Shown piece after piece: positions 1-12,603 of a stretch of 64,000 bases of DNA. Below the pieces are notes generated by a model. It made no database searches. It worked only from the letters and a program-made list of their open reading frames with translations, and was not told the origin of the DNA. How positions within the stretch are numbered: the first letter of the stretch is position 1; each line of letters starts with the position of its first letter. A program made the position numbers and the translations under genes. The stretch is from positions 10,292,001-10,356,000 of the forward strand of contig JBHGNT010000016.1 in the NCBI GenBank assembly GCA_043228905.1, in the 5' to 3' direction. The DNA comes from Azolla caroliniana. Its lineage: Eukaryota > Plantae > Polypodiophyta.

Positions 1-602
1 AAGCAGGCCGAGTCGGACAACAAGAAACGGGCCGCAGACTACGACCGGCAAATAGAGAAGCTGAAAGAACAGCTCAAAGAAACCCGATTAGACCTGGCTA
101 GGCAATGGATGAGGTCAATGCCAACAAGGAAGCATTGTCGGCGGAAATAGCCCAAGCGACGGAGAGAAGGAAGGAATTAGAGGCGCTAAGGCGGGAAAAG
201 CTGGACCTGACCAAGATCAGGAATGAAGAAAAGGAAAAATCGACCTTCACGATCAGCAAACTGCAAAGTACCTATGAAAAGCAGAAAGCGGATTACGAGG
301 CCCAGGCTCAGATAATGGCCAACATTATAAAACGGGCAAGGAAGGAAAAGCAGGAAGCTTATGCGCATGCTAAGGCAGGGGTTGACCGGATCAAGCTCAT
401 CATGTCAGGATGGAGTACCCGAGATCAAGCAAGCATCAACGAAAGTACGGAAAAGCTATGGAAGGAGTGGTCACAACAGGCAGCCAAGCTGCAGACACTC
501 CGAGCGGATGTCGAGAATCGGAGGAAGACCGGTGACAAGTTCTACAAGATGGATGAGGAAAGTATCGTCGCCATTAGGGAAGAATTGTCGGAAGAGTTGT
601 AG
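1..602 (+). pseudogene. Fragment of the coiled-coil extra ORF (ORF3) of a non-chromoviral Ty3/gypsy element
   Basis: ORF 105..602 (KLQSTYEKQ...LRADVENRRKTGDKFYKMDEESIVAIREEL) aligns by eye with KLQSTYQRQ...LRADVANRQKEGDDCYTLTSEDFTAIRDEL at 37295-38203(-). It is cut off by a copia integrase fragment near 600. Confidence 0.7.
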
Positions 603-2462
603 ATAACCGTTGAATTGACCAGAAAAGTACTCTTTCCCGCCATCTGACCGCAGGCACTTGATCTTTCGTCCCGTTTCCGTTTCCATGAACCCTTTGAGGT
701 TCCGGAAACAGTTGAAGACTTCGCTCTTCCTCTCAATGAGGTAGATCCACGTGTGCCGTGTGTGGTCGTCGATGAAGGAGACGAAATATCGGCTCCCGCC
801 AAGACTAACGTTTTGTGCCGGCCCCCATACATCGGAGTGTATAAGGTCGAGCTTGTTCCAGCTCTGGTTTCGCTCGTTGGGGAAAGGAAGTCGGTGTTGC
901 TTCCCGAGCTGGTAGGCTTCACAAATTTGTGCCTTTCGGCCACTAAATTTGGGGAATCCGAACACTACCTATTTTGATTGCAGATCTTGAAGCCGCTGGT
1001 AGTTGACGTGGCCTATCCACTTGTGCCACAAGTCGATGTCCGACTCGGATTTTTGTCCCTTCGCGAACATTGCAGTGCCGCCATCAGTGGAGTTGAGGAT
1101 GAACATCCTCCCGTCTCTACGCCCTTGCACAATCACACGGCCTTCTTCCTCAATGAAGCACCCGAGGTGTGTAAACCGAACCTCCATCCCTTGGTCGACG
1201 ATCTGTCCGATCGAGACCAAGTTTTTCGTGATTGTCGGAACGTCCCTTTCTGCCCGACATGGCTAAGAGGAACTTCTCCGACATTCGCGATCGGATGCGG
1301 AGTGTCATCTCCAGTTGTGACTACTCCAGGTTGACTCAGTTTTTCAAGGTATGAGAACCACTCCTTATGGCTCATCATGTGGTTTGACGCGCCGGAGTCT
1401 ACGTACCACACCTCGTCCGATCTCGGGGTGCTCTGTTTCATTGAGTTTGCTTCGTGTCTCGTCACGAAGCCAGACCCTTCTCCGGCTCTCCCGGAGTCTT
1501 CGGCGTAGTGCGATCGTTGCCAATTTCCCTTGTTGGTATATCCGGAGCCGTTTCCAAAACCAGTTCTCTCCGAATCGGCGCGCTTCTTCCAGCACTCACT
1601 TTCCCTGTGGCCTTTCATGCCACAGTACCAGCACTCCGCGATGGCCTTCCCTTGCCGGTTCTCATCGCTTCGACTCCCTCTGTTTCCGAAGGGTCTGGAG
1701 TTGCTATCGGCATCACTTCGGTGCCTTCTTCCTTGATCTCGTCGGCCGCTTCCATTGCGTACCGACTCGTCTCGTCCGCCACGACCACGGGGCCTTTCTC
1801 CCTCCGTGTACAACATCTTGTTTTCGGTGCGCGTGCTCGTCTACGCACCTGCGTGGTTCTCCTCTACCAGGAGCATCGACTGTAAGTCGAAAAAGGACGG
1901 TGTATTCTCCTGGGTACACACAGCCGTTCGGAACGCTCCGAACTTCGACGCCAAACCTCCGAGATAGATCTGGACCATCTCGCTCTCCTCGATGTTCACC
2001 TCTATGGATATCCTTGATCTTCGAGGTATAGTCCGCCACCGACAAATCGCGTTGTCGTAGGTTGCTCAACTCCTGTCGGAGCTGAAGCTTCCTGGCTGTG
2101 GTGCTTGCGGCGAAAATCTTCTTCAGATTTTCCCACGCACCCTTCGGCGTCTTTGCATCCCGAACATAGCTCAATAGTTGTTCACCCACACACAACACGA
2201 AGCAGTATAATACCCTGCTCGCCGATTGCTCCCACGACGGGAAGTCTCTGTGTGTCGATTCGGGTGCCGCGTCATTAGCTCCTTCGACATAACTGCAGTA
2301 GCCGTGCCCGAGCAGGTACTGGTGCATCTTGTAGGACCAAGAAGCATAGTTGGTTCTGTCGAGCTTCTCTGTTGGAAGCGAGCTCGCCATGCCTCTATCC
2401 ATCGTTCTTCTTGTTCTTCTTCATCAAGTTGTGTCGGCTGCAGAGTGGTTCTCAACCCTCGC

Positions 2463-2474
2463 GCTCTGATACCA
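2463..2474 (-). promoter_or_regulatory. Primer-binding site (tRNA-iMet type)
   Basis: TGGTATCAGAGC immediately after the LTR on the - strand. Confidence 0.92.
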
Positions 2475-2928
2475 TGTAAAAAGTAACGTGCGGAAGCAAG
2501 TATGAAGACCGAACCGAAGGAAGAAAACTCAGGTTTAATGGAGAGCTTGAGCTTACGCAGTATACGCGAGAGAGTCAGAGAGAGTCAGAGAGGAAAAAAG
2601 AACTATGTTCAAAAAGGGGTACACAATCTCTATTTACCACACTCTATACATATGTGTGTTCAATGAACACTTTTATACAAGTCCTAGAAGGACTGACAGA
2701 AGTATTGACAGTACTTCAATGCTCATTAAGAGCTCCTACACTAGCTCCCAAATATATTCCTCACGGAATATCTTTCCTAACGGCCTCCCGGTTTATGCAC
2801 AGATCCGACCCTACCTACGCACCGGTCTGCGTACCGGTTTACGCATTCGGCCTAACCGATCGGTCCCAACCGATCCGATCCTCGGCTTCTTCAGCCGATC
2901 CGGCCGATGTTGAGCTTGTCTCTCAACA
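2475..2928 (-). repeat. 5' LTR, copia family A
   Basis: TG...CA termini, abuts the PBS, similar to LTRs at 6094, 10102, 14425 and 54666. Confidence 0.9.
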
Positions 2929-3903
2929 GGACTTAACCATGTGGCTTGTTTAACCGGCTGTATGAACCCCGCCTTCAAGAGTTTGTCAATTTCTTCTTTT
3001 ACGCGGCTCGCGTAGTTCGGGTTGATGCGGTAGCGGCGCTGCTGGACAGGTTTTGCGTCGGTTGCTAAATTGATCTTATGTTGATAGAACTTGGGATCTA
3101 ACCCCTTCCTGTCCTTGTGAGCCCAAGCGAACACATCTTTATATTTCTTGATTAGTGCGATCATCGTGGTTCTCTGGTCCGGCCTTAATTCCTTTGCGAT
3201 GGAGAGGAAACGGGGTTCCGACTCCGTACCCACATTTACTTCTTCTAGGGCGGAGGCGGTGACTTGTCGTGAAATTTCCATCTCCCTTTTGAATGCCGCT
3301 CGTGCTCTGCTGAGTTCCAATATGGACTCTGGGTTTGGTTCGTAAGCCTCGTCGTGGAGAATAGTGGCCGTGACATATTCTGCCGCGGTTGCGATGACGT
3401 CAATTTCGAACAATGGGATGATCCGAGGGTGCTCATCTAGGTATGCCTCTAATTCTGCATCCTCCACCCCAACCAACATATTTATATCTTCTGCGTATAA
3501 TGGTGTTATACCCTTGGGTTGTGGTGTGCTTCCTTCCGTAGGTACGCGAACCTTAGTGTGTCTGTGTTGGAAACTGATACACTTGTGTTGCCAGCTCTGC
3601 TTGATATTTGCTGCCCGAAGCCATGGTCTGCCCAGAAGCACTGGGTACGCACCTGGGGCGTCCAAGGCGAGGACGACCGCCGAGATGTCAAAGCGATGTC
3701 CGCCCACAATAATGCCTATCTTGCGAATTAACCCCAATGGTCGTACTGAGCGGGTATCTGCCATTCGGAGCCAGAATGGGCAAGCCTCCCATTTTGAAAT
3801 GCCTAACCGCTCTCAAGTTTTCGCGCTAATTACATTAACGCCTAAGCCGTCATCGATTACCCATCCAAGAATTTCTTGTCCGTGTAATATCAATGTAATA
3901 GCT
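2929..3903 (-). pseudogene. pol: Ty3/gypsy pol fragment (protease and start of RT)
   Basis: ORF 2811..3764 with LLGRPWL and KYKDVFAW...PVQQRRYRINP...WLSPV; homologous to 46563-47557. Confidence 0.85.
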
Positions 3904-3930
3904 GGGTTTAGGGTTTAGGGTTTAGGGTTT
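3904..3930 (+). repeat. Interstitial plant telomeric repeat GGG(TTTAGGG)3TTT
   Basis: Three exact TTTAGGG units at 3907-3927, at the junction of a gypsy fragment and a copia fragment. Confidence 0.9.
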
Positions 3931-5546
3931 GAGGCTCCGGAGTCAACAAACCATACATCCTCCAGATTGAGAGCACTAGTTGAGGTAGAGGCCGACATAG
4001 AGTTTGCTCTATGTTTCATCATGAACATATTGCCACGGTCGGAGTTGCGTGCATACAGTCCGCCACGATCTTCGTAGTCGGAGTTGTTCCCGTACATTCG
4101 GCTATACTCTTCGTAGTCCGAATTGTGTGCGTAATTCGTGAGTTGTCAGCTTGTGGAAGCCGATTCACGCATCTTCTTTCGGCACTCTTTTGCGTGGTGG
4201 CCGAGATTTCCGCAATATCTGCATTCGGTTAAGTTTTGACGGCTCGGGCGGGAGTGGAAGCCCCCCTTCTTTCAAAGGTTCCTCATTGGCTTCCATTTTG
4301 CGGCCGAAGTTGGCAGTTGTTATCGTAGGTCAGACCTCGTCCGCCTTGTCCTTGGCCGAATCGGCCTCTCGACCATCCGCGTTCTCTTCCTCCGTTCAAT
4401 TGCGTGTAGAGCATGTGGCCTTCCGACTCATTGCTCCTTGTACACACGTGGTTTTCTTCGACCAATAGCATTGATTGGAGCTCGAAGAAGGAGGGAGATT
4501 TCTCCCGTGCTAGAACGGTGGTTCGCATCGTGCCAAACCGTGGTGCGAGGCCACCGAGGCATATTTGAACCATCCCATCATCATCGATATTTACACTTAT
4601 TGAGCCGAGCGAATCGCAATGCTCGTTGATCTTCGAGGTGTATGTCGTAATGGACATGTCCCTTTGTTGAATGTTGTTCAACTCTTGGCGGAGTTGAAGT
4701 CTTCTTGCGGTTGTGTTCGCTGCGAAAATCTTTCGTAGATTTTCCCAGGCCTCCTTCGGCGTCTTGGCTTCGCGAATGTAGCCGAGCATGTGATCGTGAA
4801 CACATGTCGCCAAGCAATACATCACGTGGCTTGCGGCTTGCTCCCATGTCACGTATCCGGGAGCCACTTCGGCGAGTCGGTCTTCATGCGCTCCTTTGAT
4901 GTAGCTCCAATAGCCTTGTCCGACAAGGTATTGGTGCATCTTGTACTCCCAAGGTGCGAAGTTGTTTCGATCCAACTTCTCGGTAGGGAGAGTGCTACCC
5001 ATTTGGGTATTCATTATATCGATTCTTCTTCTTCTTCTTCTCTCTTCGAATACGAGCTATGTAGCGAAGCTACGATAGCGATGAGCCTATTCTTGGTCGT
5101 CGGTGTGGATCACAACACACGATCATGATGAGGCGAATGGGCTAGATTGAGCTACCAAATCGCTCTGATACCATGTAAAGAATCGGGTATGATTCTTGTG
5201 TAGCGGAATAGGTGTGAATTGTGTGTGTATATGAGAGAGAGAGACAAGGAATAATACACAGAATACGCAAGGTAAAAGTATATTAATAGAGGAGAAAGAC
5301 TCAACATAATACAAGGTGGGAGGAGGGTGCTTTATAGTCACCCTCTCTCCTCATTAACTACAAGACTCTTGGAGCCTGGGGAATGTGAAAGCTCATAAGT
5401 TATGTGTGATAGAATATGATTCTATGACTCATACTAAATGCTAGAATACAAAGAGGTGACATAATGGTGACTCTTGACCGTTGGAGTGTCTATTCACTCT
5501 CAAGGTGAGTTCACACACTAGACCAAGTTGAGCTTGATTCTCAACA
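3931..5546 (-). mobile_element. Ty1/copia family C, 5' fragment (LTR 5174-5546, PBS 5162-5173, gag, broken in protease)
   Basis: Gag ORF 4283..5014 is nearly identical to 62612..63478. WFVDSGASN runs into the telomeric repeat. LTR matches 58503-58889. Confidence 0.92.
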
Positions 5547-6093
5547 GATACGCACAAACACATGGAATCGACTATGAAGAGACCTTTGCTCCGGTGGCAA
5601 AGATGACGATGGTGGGGACCATAATTGCACTCGCAGCGGCGAAAGGGTGGCACCTCAACCAGATGGACATCAAGAATGCTTTCCTCCAAGGCGAATTAGA
5701 AGAGGAGGTGTACATGGTACAACCTCCTGGCTTCGAATTACGCATTCATCCGAAAGCCGTGTGCCAACTCAAGAAGCCACTCTACGGCCTCAAGCAAGCA
5801 CCGCGTGCTTGGCATTCGAAAATTATGCAATATCTTCATCAAATCAGATTTCGAATGTTGAAATCCAACAACTCCCTCTACGTACGACATGACTCTAGAA
5901 GCCTAATTATCATCATCCTATACGTGGATGATCTAGTGATTGGAGGTGAAAGTCTAGTCGACATCAACAAGGTGAAGTCCCTCCTCTCCAACAAATTCGA
6001 GATGACGGACATGAAGGAGCTTCATTACTTCCTAGGCATCAAGGTAATTCGGACTCCGGCCGGCATTATGATCTCCCAACGACACTACATCCT

Positions 6094-9000
6094 TGTTGAG
6101 CGGCAAGCTCAACCGGATCCGGATTGACTGGATAAGCCTGAGCCGGATTGGCATCCGGAAGGATAAGCCGGATCGGTAAGCCGGTGAGCAAGTGAGCCGG
6201 TGAGCTGGGGAGCCGGTTATCCAGATCCATCAGTAACTGGAAGCCTAGTAGCAGCCTAGACTACTAGGTAGTTAATGTCTCATAGTTAGTGTTAGAACGC
6301 TTGTGTGAGCATTGAAGTACACCGTACTTCTGTTAGTCCGTATGGACTTGTATAAAAGTGTTCACTGAACACATACGATGTACAGATTGAGTATTATTTT
6401 GAATAGAGTTTTATGTTCTTCTCTCTCTTTGTCTCTCCCGCATACTGTGTATATTCAAGCTCTACATTAAACCTGCGTTTCTGTGTTTTCGGTTTTCTAT
6501 TGCTTCCACACACTATTCGTTTACATAGTATCAAAGCGTGAGGGTTGAGAACCTCTACAGCCAACATCGGCATCTGAAGAAAAACCCTAAGAACAGAAAT
6601 AGAAGTAATGAACAGAGGAATGGCTAGCTCACTCCCGACGGAGAAGCTCGATAGAAACAACTACGCATCTTGGTCCTACAAGATGCACCAGTACCTGCTC
6701 GGGCACGGTTACTGGAGCTATGTTGACGCAGCAAATGACACAACACCCGAATCGACACACATAGATTTCCCAGTGTGGGAACAGTCGGCGAGCAGAGTAC
6801 AGTACTGCTTCACATCTTGTGTGGGCAAACAGCTCCTAAGCTACATTCGGGATGCAAAAACGCCGAAAGATGCTTGGGGAAATCTGAAGAAGATTTTCGC
6901 TGCAAACACTATAGCTAGGAAGCTTCAACTCCGACAGGAGCTGAGCAACCTACGACAACGTGACTTATCGGTGGCAAACTACACCTCCAAAATCAAGGAC
7001 ATTTGAAACTCTTTGTCCTCAATCGATGTGAATATCGAAGAAGCCGATATGGTGCAAATCTATCTCGAAGGTTTGGCGTCAAAGTTTGGAGTGTTCCAAA
7101 CTGTTGTGTGTACAAGGGAGAATACGCTGTCATTTTTCGACTTACAGTCGATGCTCCTTGTGGAGGAGAACCATGCCGGTGTGTCAACAAGTGCACCCAC
7201 CGACAACCGGATGCTATACACGGAGGCAGATCGGCCCCCTGGGCGTGGTGGATGAGGCAGGTCGGCTCGCAATGGTAGCGGCCGGCAAGAGCAGGACCGA
7301 AGGCACAAAGAACGTGCCAACAACAATTCCAGACCCTCCACAAGCAAGGGGAGTCAAGGCTGCGCCGGAGGATGGCAAGCAAAGGTCGAGGCAGAATGCT
7401 AGTACTATGGTAAAAAGGGCCACATAGAAAGTGAGTTCTGGAAGAAGCACGGCGATTCGGACAGATCCGGATCCGGCAAGGCCGGTAGAGGGAACCGGCA
7501 ATACTCGCACTACGCAGAAGGATTGGGAGGATCCAAAACCGGAAAAGCCAGTAAAGGGCCAACCTTGGTGATGAAACACGAGGCTAAATCGATGAAAAAG
7601 ACCACTTCCGAATCGGAGGAGGTGTGGTACGTTGATTCCAGTGCATCGAATCACATGACGAGCCACAAAGAGTGGTTCTCCTTCTTGGAGAAACCAGAAC
7701 AACCGGGAGTCGTCGAAACCGGAGATGGCACTCCTCACCCAATCGTGCATATCGGAGAAGTCCCTTTGAACCACATTGGACGGAAGGGGAAGCTGATTAA
7801 CGTATTACACGTTCCGACTATCACGAAGAACCTGGTGTCAGTCGGTCAGATTGTTGACCAGGGGATGCAGGTGCGGTTTATTACGCAAGGGCGTAGAGAA
7901 GGGAGGATGTTCATCCTCGACACCAATGACGTTGGCACTGCTTTGTTCGCCAAAGGACAGAAGATTGAATCAGATATTGATCTCTGGCACAAGCGGATCG
8001 GCAACGTGAATTACTGGAGGCTTCAAGACTTGCAAACGAAACAAGTTGTTTTCGGTTTGCCGAAGTTCAATGGCCGGAAGGCCCAAATATGTGAAGCCTG
8101 CCAACTCGGGAAGCAACACTGGCTTCCATTCCCCACCGAACGAAACCGTAGTCGTAACAAGCTCGACCTTATTCATTCGGATGTATGGGGACCGACACAA
8201 AACGTTAGTCTTGGCGGGAGTCGATATTTTGTCTCCTTCATCGACGACTACAACTGGCACACGTGGATCTACCTCATTGAGCGGAAGAGCGAAGTCTTTG
8301 AGTGTTTCCGGAACCTACAAAGCCTGGTTGAAAGGGAAACGGAGAGGAAGATCAAGTGCCTGCGGTCGGATGGCGGAAAAGAATATTTTTCCGGCCAATT
8401 CAATAGTTATCTGTAGCAAAAAGGAATTCGGAGAGAGTTCAACTATAGATACACACCAGAGCAAAACGGTGTGGCCGAAAGGAAGAACCGGTCGATTGTC
8501 AACGCGGCATGGGCAATGCTGGAGGAAAAGAGAATGCCCCATTTCTACTGGGCCGAGGCGGTCTGGACGACCGTCTATATCCAAAACCAGATCGGTGACA
8601 ATGTGTCTGCGCATGAGCCGTATTTCGGACGCAAGCCGAATTTGAGACACCTTCGGATATTTGGTAGCATTGCATATGTGCATGTGCCGGATGAGAAGCG
8701 GAGGAAGCTGGATACAAAGTCGGAGAAATGCATCCTGGTCGGTTACTCGCATGAGCAAAAGGGGTATAAATGTTATAACCCTCGGACGAAGCAGGTCTGC
8801 GATGAGAAGTGGTTTTGATGAATCGTCGGAAGCCTTATATATTTGATAATCACCCGACCCGACATCAGTTATCCGATCTGCGTGATCATCCAATATATGC
8901 AGAAGCCGATCGTGGAGCACCTTCTATGCACGCATCGAATTTTGCTATATGTGAGCGGCACGAAGGAATGGGGACTGTTATACCGGCATGGTATAACCGA

Positions 9001-10477
9001 AGAGCTGGTCGGCTACACTGATGCCGATTGGGCTGAAGATGCATCGGATCGCCGATCCACCTCCAGCTATATTTTTCCCTTGGTAGTGCGGTTGTTGAGT
9101 GGAGCAGCAAAAATCAGCCCACAGTGGCCCTTTCGAGCACTGAGGCTGAATACCGGGGCGCTACCGTTGCCACCTGTGAAGCCATTTGGCTTCGACGACT
9201 GCTGCAAGACCTGCGGATCGAGATGCCGACCCCGATCCTGATCTACTGTGACAACATAAGCAGCATGCAGTTTGCAAAGAACACCATATTCCATGCTCGC
9301 ACAATGCACGTACAAGTGCACTACCACTTTGTGCGTGAGCGTGTCTTGATTAGTGAAGTCGAACTTCGGTATGTTCATACGAATCGGCAAGTTGCCGACA
9401 TCTTCACCAAACCGCTCGGATCAGACAAGTTGCAGCACTTCACCAAAATGCTTGGTGTTTAGCATCTCAATGTGACACACTTGAGGGGAAGAACGAGCAA
9501 AGACACTGGAATGGGAAAGGCAAAGAAACTGCCGATTGCGCCGGTGAGGGAAGAACCCACAAAGGGAGAGACAAGAAGAAGAAAGGAGCCGAGTCGACAA
9601 AGGAAGTTGTCACATCTGAACAAGTCAGAACAAGCGGCAACGACGGCAGAGTCAAGAAGGATAGAGCCAACCGGAAGAAGAAGGCCAAGACCCAGACATG
9701 GTCCGATATGGTGAAGGGCCTGGAAACGGAAGACGAATCGGGAGCAACTGATTGGGACAAGAGCTGCAATCGATTCGGTTCAATAGACGGATTCGGAAGA
9801 ACCGGATCAATTCAAGGCCAAGAGGACGAGAAGGCAGCAAAAGTTGACGCCAACACGAAGGAATCGGCGAATCGACAAGCGCCGAAGTCACAACAACGAG
9901 GGAGCTGATTTGGGCCTATTGAGGAGACAAGCCGACCGAAGAGGTCGAGTCGTGCAGAACCAGAGGGGTCGCGGCAAACGTGACTGGACCGGACGAGGAG
10001 CGCAAGCGAGGCGGAGTGACGACAGAAGGAGCTGGGTGGAAGGACCGGCTGCCATGGAGACTGACACTACGATCCGACCTCAAGTTGAGCTTAAGGGGGA
10101 GTGTTGAGCAGCAAGCTCAACCAGATCTGTATCGGTTGGATAAGCCTGATCCGGATCGACATCCGGAAGGATGAGCCAGATCGGTAAGCCAGTGATCAAG
10201 TGAGCCGGTGAGTTGGGGAGCCGGTTATCCGAATCCATCAGTAACCGAAAAGTCAGACGCTTGTGTGAACATTGAAGTACACCGTACTTCTGTCAGTCCG
10301 TATTGACTTGTATAAAAGTGTTCACTGAACCCATATGATGTACAGATTGAGTATATTTTTGAATAGAGTTTTATGTTCTGCTCTCTCTCTCTATCTCTCC
10401 CGCATATTGTGTATATTCAAGCTCTCCATTAAACCTACGTTTCTGTGTTTTCAGTTTTCTATTGTTTCCGCACACTA
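6094..10477 (+). mobile_element. Ty1/copia family A with two LTRs (6094-6525, 10102-~10477) and most of RT deleted
   Basis: Degenerate PBS TAGTATCAAAGC at 6526-6537. Gag 6608-7255, PR/INT 7523-8818, RNase H 8843-9462, PPT 10090-10101. The last ~10 bp of the 3' LTR and the TSD are lost. Confidence 0.9.
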
Positions 10478-10651
10478 TACAAGTTCGGGATGACTGAGTG
10501 CAAATAGATTGCTACGCCTTTTGATTGAAACCTTAAATTGGATGCCGACTCCGGCACAGAAGAGTGTGAGTCGACCCAATATCGTCAACTGATCGGGAGC
10601 CTCATCTATTTCATGATCACTCGACCTGACCTTAGCATTCAGTCGGACTCC

Positions 10652-11188
10652 GCAGCCAATTCATACAAAAACCACGTGACATTCACTTGGATTGCGCTAA
10701 GCAAGTATTACGATACATGAGTGGCACAATGGATTACGGTGTTCTCTATGCATCGACCACACCAATACGACTCGAATGGTACACAGACGCGGACTAGGCA
10801 GGCTACAAAGCTGATCGACGATCGACCTTTGCAGCCAATTCATGCAAAAACCACGCGACATTCACTTGGATTGTGCTAAGCGAGTATTAGGATACGTGAG
10901 TGACACAATGGATTACGGCGTTCTCTACGCATCAACCACACCAATACGACTCGAAGGGTAAATAGACGCGGACTAGGCAGGCTACAAAGTTGATTGACGA
11001 TCGACCTGTGCAGCCAATTCATGCAAAAACCACATGACATTCACTTCGATTGCGCTAAACGAGTATTACGATACATGAGTGGCACAATGGATTATGACGT
11101 TCTCTACTCATTGACCACACCAATACGACTCGAAGGGTACACATACGCGGATTGGGTAGGCTACAAAGCTGATTTACGATCGACCTTC
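10652..11188 (+). repeat. Tandem triplication (179-bp unit) of the RT/RNase H junction
   Basis: GCAGCCAATTCAT restarts at 10652, 10831 and 11010. Confidence 0.85.
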
Positions 11189-11781
11189 GGATTTGTCTTC
11201 TCACTCGGTAGCGGAGCAATATCTTGGAGTAGTAAGAAGCAGCCTACCATCGTACTTTTGATTACGGAGGCCGAATACAGGGGCACAACCATAACTGCAT
11301 GTGAAGCCGTATGGCTCAAGAGGATTTTGACGGATCTGGGCATCCCCATCAAGGATCCGACTCCCATTTACTACGACAATATGAGCAGTATATATCTGGC
11401 GCGGAACCCAGTGTTCCATGCATGCACAAAGCACATCGAAGTGCACACTCACTTCATTCGAGAGCGCATACAGGCCGGAGATGTCGACCTTCAATACATC
11501 AACACGAATCTTCAGACGAACGACATCTTCACCAAAGCCCTAGGAGCCAACAAGCTTCGACAATTCATGCCAGACCTTGGATTGACGATCCCTGACTTGC
11601 CAAGCTTGAGGGGGAGTACAAGCGAGAACCAGATACCATCCGAACCGGGTACGAGCCGAAACGGACACCGGAGATCGTCCGAACCAGATACCAACCGAAG
11701 CGGACATCAATCGAAAGGAACCAACCCAAGTTGAGCTTGAGGGGGTGTGTTGAGAATCAAGCTCAACCTAGTGCAACACGT

Positions 11782-12450
11782 TGTTGTGAAGATTCCGGGC
11801 CATGGTGAGAAATCGGGGAATATCGGAAGAATCGGCGGGGTGCACTATGTGCACTCACCCTTGTATAAACGTGTGAATAATAGGGGTGCCATTATGGCGC
11901 CGAGTGGGAGTCAAGTCGGGACAAAGAATCCCATGTAAATCGGGATTTATCCCATATTGTAACGCATCCCTCTCTTAGTTCTATAAAAGGAAGGGATGGT
12001 CCCTTGTAGAAGGGTTTCCCATTTTGAGTTGTAAGGGTATACCATTTTGTGCTTTCTTTTCTAGGGTTAGCTACATTCTTTCTTTCTTTTTCTTTCTTCT
12101 TCTTCTCCTTCTTGAGAAGTCGGGTGGGAGCTACAGCGGCAAAGCTGTTAGGTTAACTTCTCTTCTTCTGTGCGTAGCCGGCTCGTGGCCGCGGTTGTAT
12201 CTTTCCCCTTTGTAGGTTTGTTTCTGCTAGGTCTCCTGTGCAAGACCCCGCTCGGCGCGACAGTCGTGAGCTCCCAACCAGCGGCTTGGCAGCCGACTGC
12301 GGCTGTAACCTACCTTGGTCCGGCTTGGAGCTGGGGTTGTAATCTTCTCTTGTAATATATATATCTGTTTGGTTGTGCACTTCTGTGTCTCTGATGGTGT
12401 CGAGTGTTTCTACCCCTTTTGGTTTCTGCACATAAGAGTCGGTGTTGTGC

Positions 12451-12491
<41 letters not shown>

Positions 12492-12603
12492 TTCGGTAGC
12501 CTCTGGTACGTGTCCGAAGTTGATTTCCTGAACTCCCTTTCTCCCTCGTCCGAGACCCCCGTGGTCCCGCCCCTTCCACATGCACGCACGTAACAACGCG
12601 ACA
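11782..12603 (+). mobile_element. Solo LTR (822 bp) inserted in the family B 3' LTR, 4-bp TSD ACGT
   Basis: Termini TGTTGTG...CGCGACA with ACGT on both flanks. TATA box CTATAAAAGG near 11981. Host LTR sequence resumes after 12603. Confidence 0.75.
12455..12488. repeat. (TC)n microsatellite
   Basis: Perfect TC run inside the solo LTR. Confidence 0.9.

Larger units (their letters stand above)
600..2928 (-). mobile_element. Ty1/copia family A, 5' half (LTR, PBS, gag, PR, part of INT), 3'-truncated
   Basis: LTR 2475-2928 (TGTTGAG...TTTTACA on -). PBS TGGTATCAGAGC at 2463-2474. Gag LPTEKLDRTNYASW, zinc knuckle CWYCGMKGHRESEC, protease WYVDSGASNHM, integrase LIHSDVWGP/LRSDGGKEY; frameshifted. Confidence 0.92.

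Noticed and set aside
105-602. Possible host coiled-coil (SMC/myosin-like) gene
   Set aside because: Homologous to the retrotransposon ORF3 at 37295-38203 and embedded among TE fragments.
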